Shown piece by piece: positions 62,088-64,000 of a stretch of DNA of 64,000 nucleotides. The DNA is from Eledone cirrhosa (lineage: Eukaryota), in assembly GCA_964016885.1 (NCBI GenBank), contig OZ024740.1, positions 9,796,001-9,860,000 on the forward strand. Direction: 5' to 3'. Every line of letters begins with the position of its first letter. The first letter of the stretch is position 1. The notes under the pieces are model-generated. The model was given only the letters and a program-made list of their open reading frames with translations. It had not been told where the DNA came from and did no database searches. A program made the position numbers and the translations under genes.

Positions 62088-64000
62088 TAGGCTTGTCACC
62101 AGACTGAGAGAGAGGTGCTGGTGGTAGTCGTGTGGTTGATGTGACTACTGGACATCTGGTTTAGGCTTGTCACCAGACTGAGAGAGGGTTACTGGTGGTA
62201 GTCTTGTGGTTGATGTGACCTCTGGTCATCTGGTTTAGGCTTGTCACCAGACTGAGAGAGGGTTACTGGTGGTAGTCTTGTGGTTGGTGTGACCTCTGGT
62301 CATCTGGTTTCGGCTTGTCACCAGACTGAGAGAGGTGTGCTGGTGGTAGTCTTGCGGTTGATGTGACCACTGGTCATCTAGTCTAGGTTTGTCACCAGAC
62401 TGAGAGAGAGGTGCTGGTGGTAGTCGTGTGGTTGATGTGACCACTGGTCATCTGGTTTAGGCTTGTCACCAGACTGAGAGAGAGGTGCTGGTGGTAGTCG
62501 TGTGGTTGATGTGACTACTGGTCATCTGGTTTAGGCTTGTCACCAGACTGAGAGAGGGTTACTGGTGGTAGTCTTGTGGTTGATGTGACCTCTGGTCATC
62601 TGGTTTAGGCTTGTCACCAGACTGAGAGAGGGTTACTGGTGGTAGTCTTCTGGTTGGTGTGACCTCTGTTCATCTGGTTTAGGCTTGTCACCAGACTGAG
62701 AGAAGGGTGCTGGTGGTTGTCTTGTGGTTGATGTGACCACTGGTCATCTAGTCTAGGTTTGTCACCAGACTGAGAGAGATGTGCTGGTGGTAGTCGTGTG
62801 GTTGATGTGACCTCTGGTCATCTGGTTTAGGTTTGTCGCCAGACTGAGAGAGGGGTGCTGGTGGTAGTCTTGTGGTTGATGTGACCACTGGTCATCTGGT
62901 TTAGGCTTGTCACCAGACTGAGAGAGAGGTATTGGTGGTAGTCTTGTGGTTGATGTGACCACTGGTCATCTTTTTTAAGCTTGTCACCAGACTGAGAGAG
63001 AGGTGCTGGTGATAGTCTTGTGGTTGATGTGACCACAGGTCATCTGGTTTAGGCTTGTCACCAGACTGAGAGAGAGGTGCTGGTGGTAGTCTTGTGGTTG
63101 ATGTGACCACTGGTCATCTGGTTTAGGCTTGTCACCAGACTGAGAGAGAGGTATTGGTGGTAGTCTTGTGGTTGATGTGACCACTGGTCATCTTTTTTAA
63201 GCTTGTCACCAGACTGAGAGAGAGGTGCTGGTGATAGTCTTGTGGTTGATGTGACCACAGGTCATCTGGTTTAGGCTTGTCACCAGACTGAGAGAGAGGT
63301 GCTGGTGGTAGTCTTGCGGTTGATGTGACCACTGGTCATCTGGTTTAGGCTTGTCACCAGACTGAGAGAGGGGTGCTGATGATAGTCTTGTGGTTGATGT
63401 GACCATTGGTCATCTGGTTTAGGCTTGTCACCAGACTGAGAGAGAGGTGCTGGTGGTAGTCGTGTGGTTGATGTGACCACTGGTAATCTGGTTTAGGCTT
63501 GTCACCAGACTGAGAGAGGGGTGCTGGTGGTAGTCTTGTGGTTGATGTGACCACTGGTCATCTGGTTTAGGCTTGTCACCAGACTGAGAGAGAGGTATTG
63601 GTGGTAGTCTTGTGGTTGATGTGACCACTGGTCATCTGGTTTAGGCTTGTCACCAGACTGAGAGAGGGGTGCTGGTGGTAGTCTTGTGGTTGATGTGACC
63701 ACTGATCATCTGGTTTAGGCTTGTCACCAGACTGAGAGAGAGGTGCTGGTGGTATTCTTGCGGTTGATGTGACCACTGGTCATCTGGTTTAGGCTTGTCA
63801 CCAGACTGAGAGAGAGGTATTGGTGGTAGTCTTGTGGTTGATGTGACCACTGGTCATCTGGTTTAGGCTTCTCACCAGACTGAGAGAGAGGTGCTGGTGG
63901 TAGTCGTGTGGTTGATGTGACCACTGGTCATCTGGTTTAGGCTTGTCACCAGACTGAGAGAGGGGTGCTGGTGATAGTCTTGTGGTTGATGTGACCACTG

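Larger units (their letters stand above)
1..64000. repeat. Satellite-type tandem array of a 74-bp monomer, about 865 head-to-tail copies, running off both window edges
   Basis: Bases 1-74 recur in register throughout, and the ORF track steps by 74 bp end to end. Monomers usually differ from consensus by only a few substitutions. No non-repeat sequence or orientation switch seen. Confidence 0.99.

Noticed and set aside
49-63998. Hundreds of 66-aa minus-strand ORFs (MVTSTTRLPPAP...) as a gene family
   Set aside because: They overlap each other in all three frames at 74-bp steps, start at GTG, are low complexity with no recognisable domain, and follow arithmetically from the repeat period.
1-64000. 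CRISPR array (palindromic repeat, 74-bp period)
   Set aside because: No unique spacers, since the whole unit is repeated; no leader or cas genes in the window.
1-64000. True telomeric repeat tract
   Set aside because: TTAGG occurs once per 74 bp and never in tandem.

Overview
The whole 64 kb window is one uninterrupted, single-orientation tandem array of about 865 copies of a 74-bp monomer (consensus TGGTAGTCTTGTGGTTGATGTGACCACTGGTCATCTGGTTTAGG[C/T]TTGTCACCAGACTGAGAGAG[A/G]GGTGCTGG; 51% GC, 66% G+T on +, no CpG). It looks like eukaryotic satellite DNA, but the organism and family cannot be identified from the sequence. I saw no unique sequence, inversion, transposon, RNA gene or credible CDS. 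The hundreds of 66-aa minus-strand ORFs are a side effect of the 74-bp period. The structure of interest lies at two scales. Between monomers, shared variants show nested duplications (148, 222, 296, 442, 1406, 2959/3033 and 6001 bp tandem; about 5.1, 8.29 and 9.84 kb offsets), an irregular ~35-monomer higher-order unit on the left and a different variant subfamily on the right. Within the monomer there is an exact Chi octamer (GCTGGTGG), a TGACCA-C-TGGTCA palindrome, overlapping inverted repeats with apparently compensatory variants, and a (GA)n tract that absorbs most indels. All alignments were done by eye, so block boundaries are approximate.
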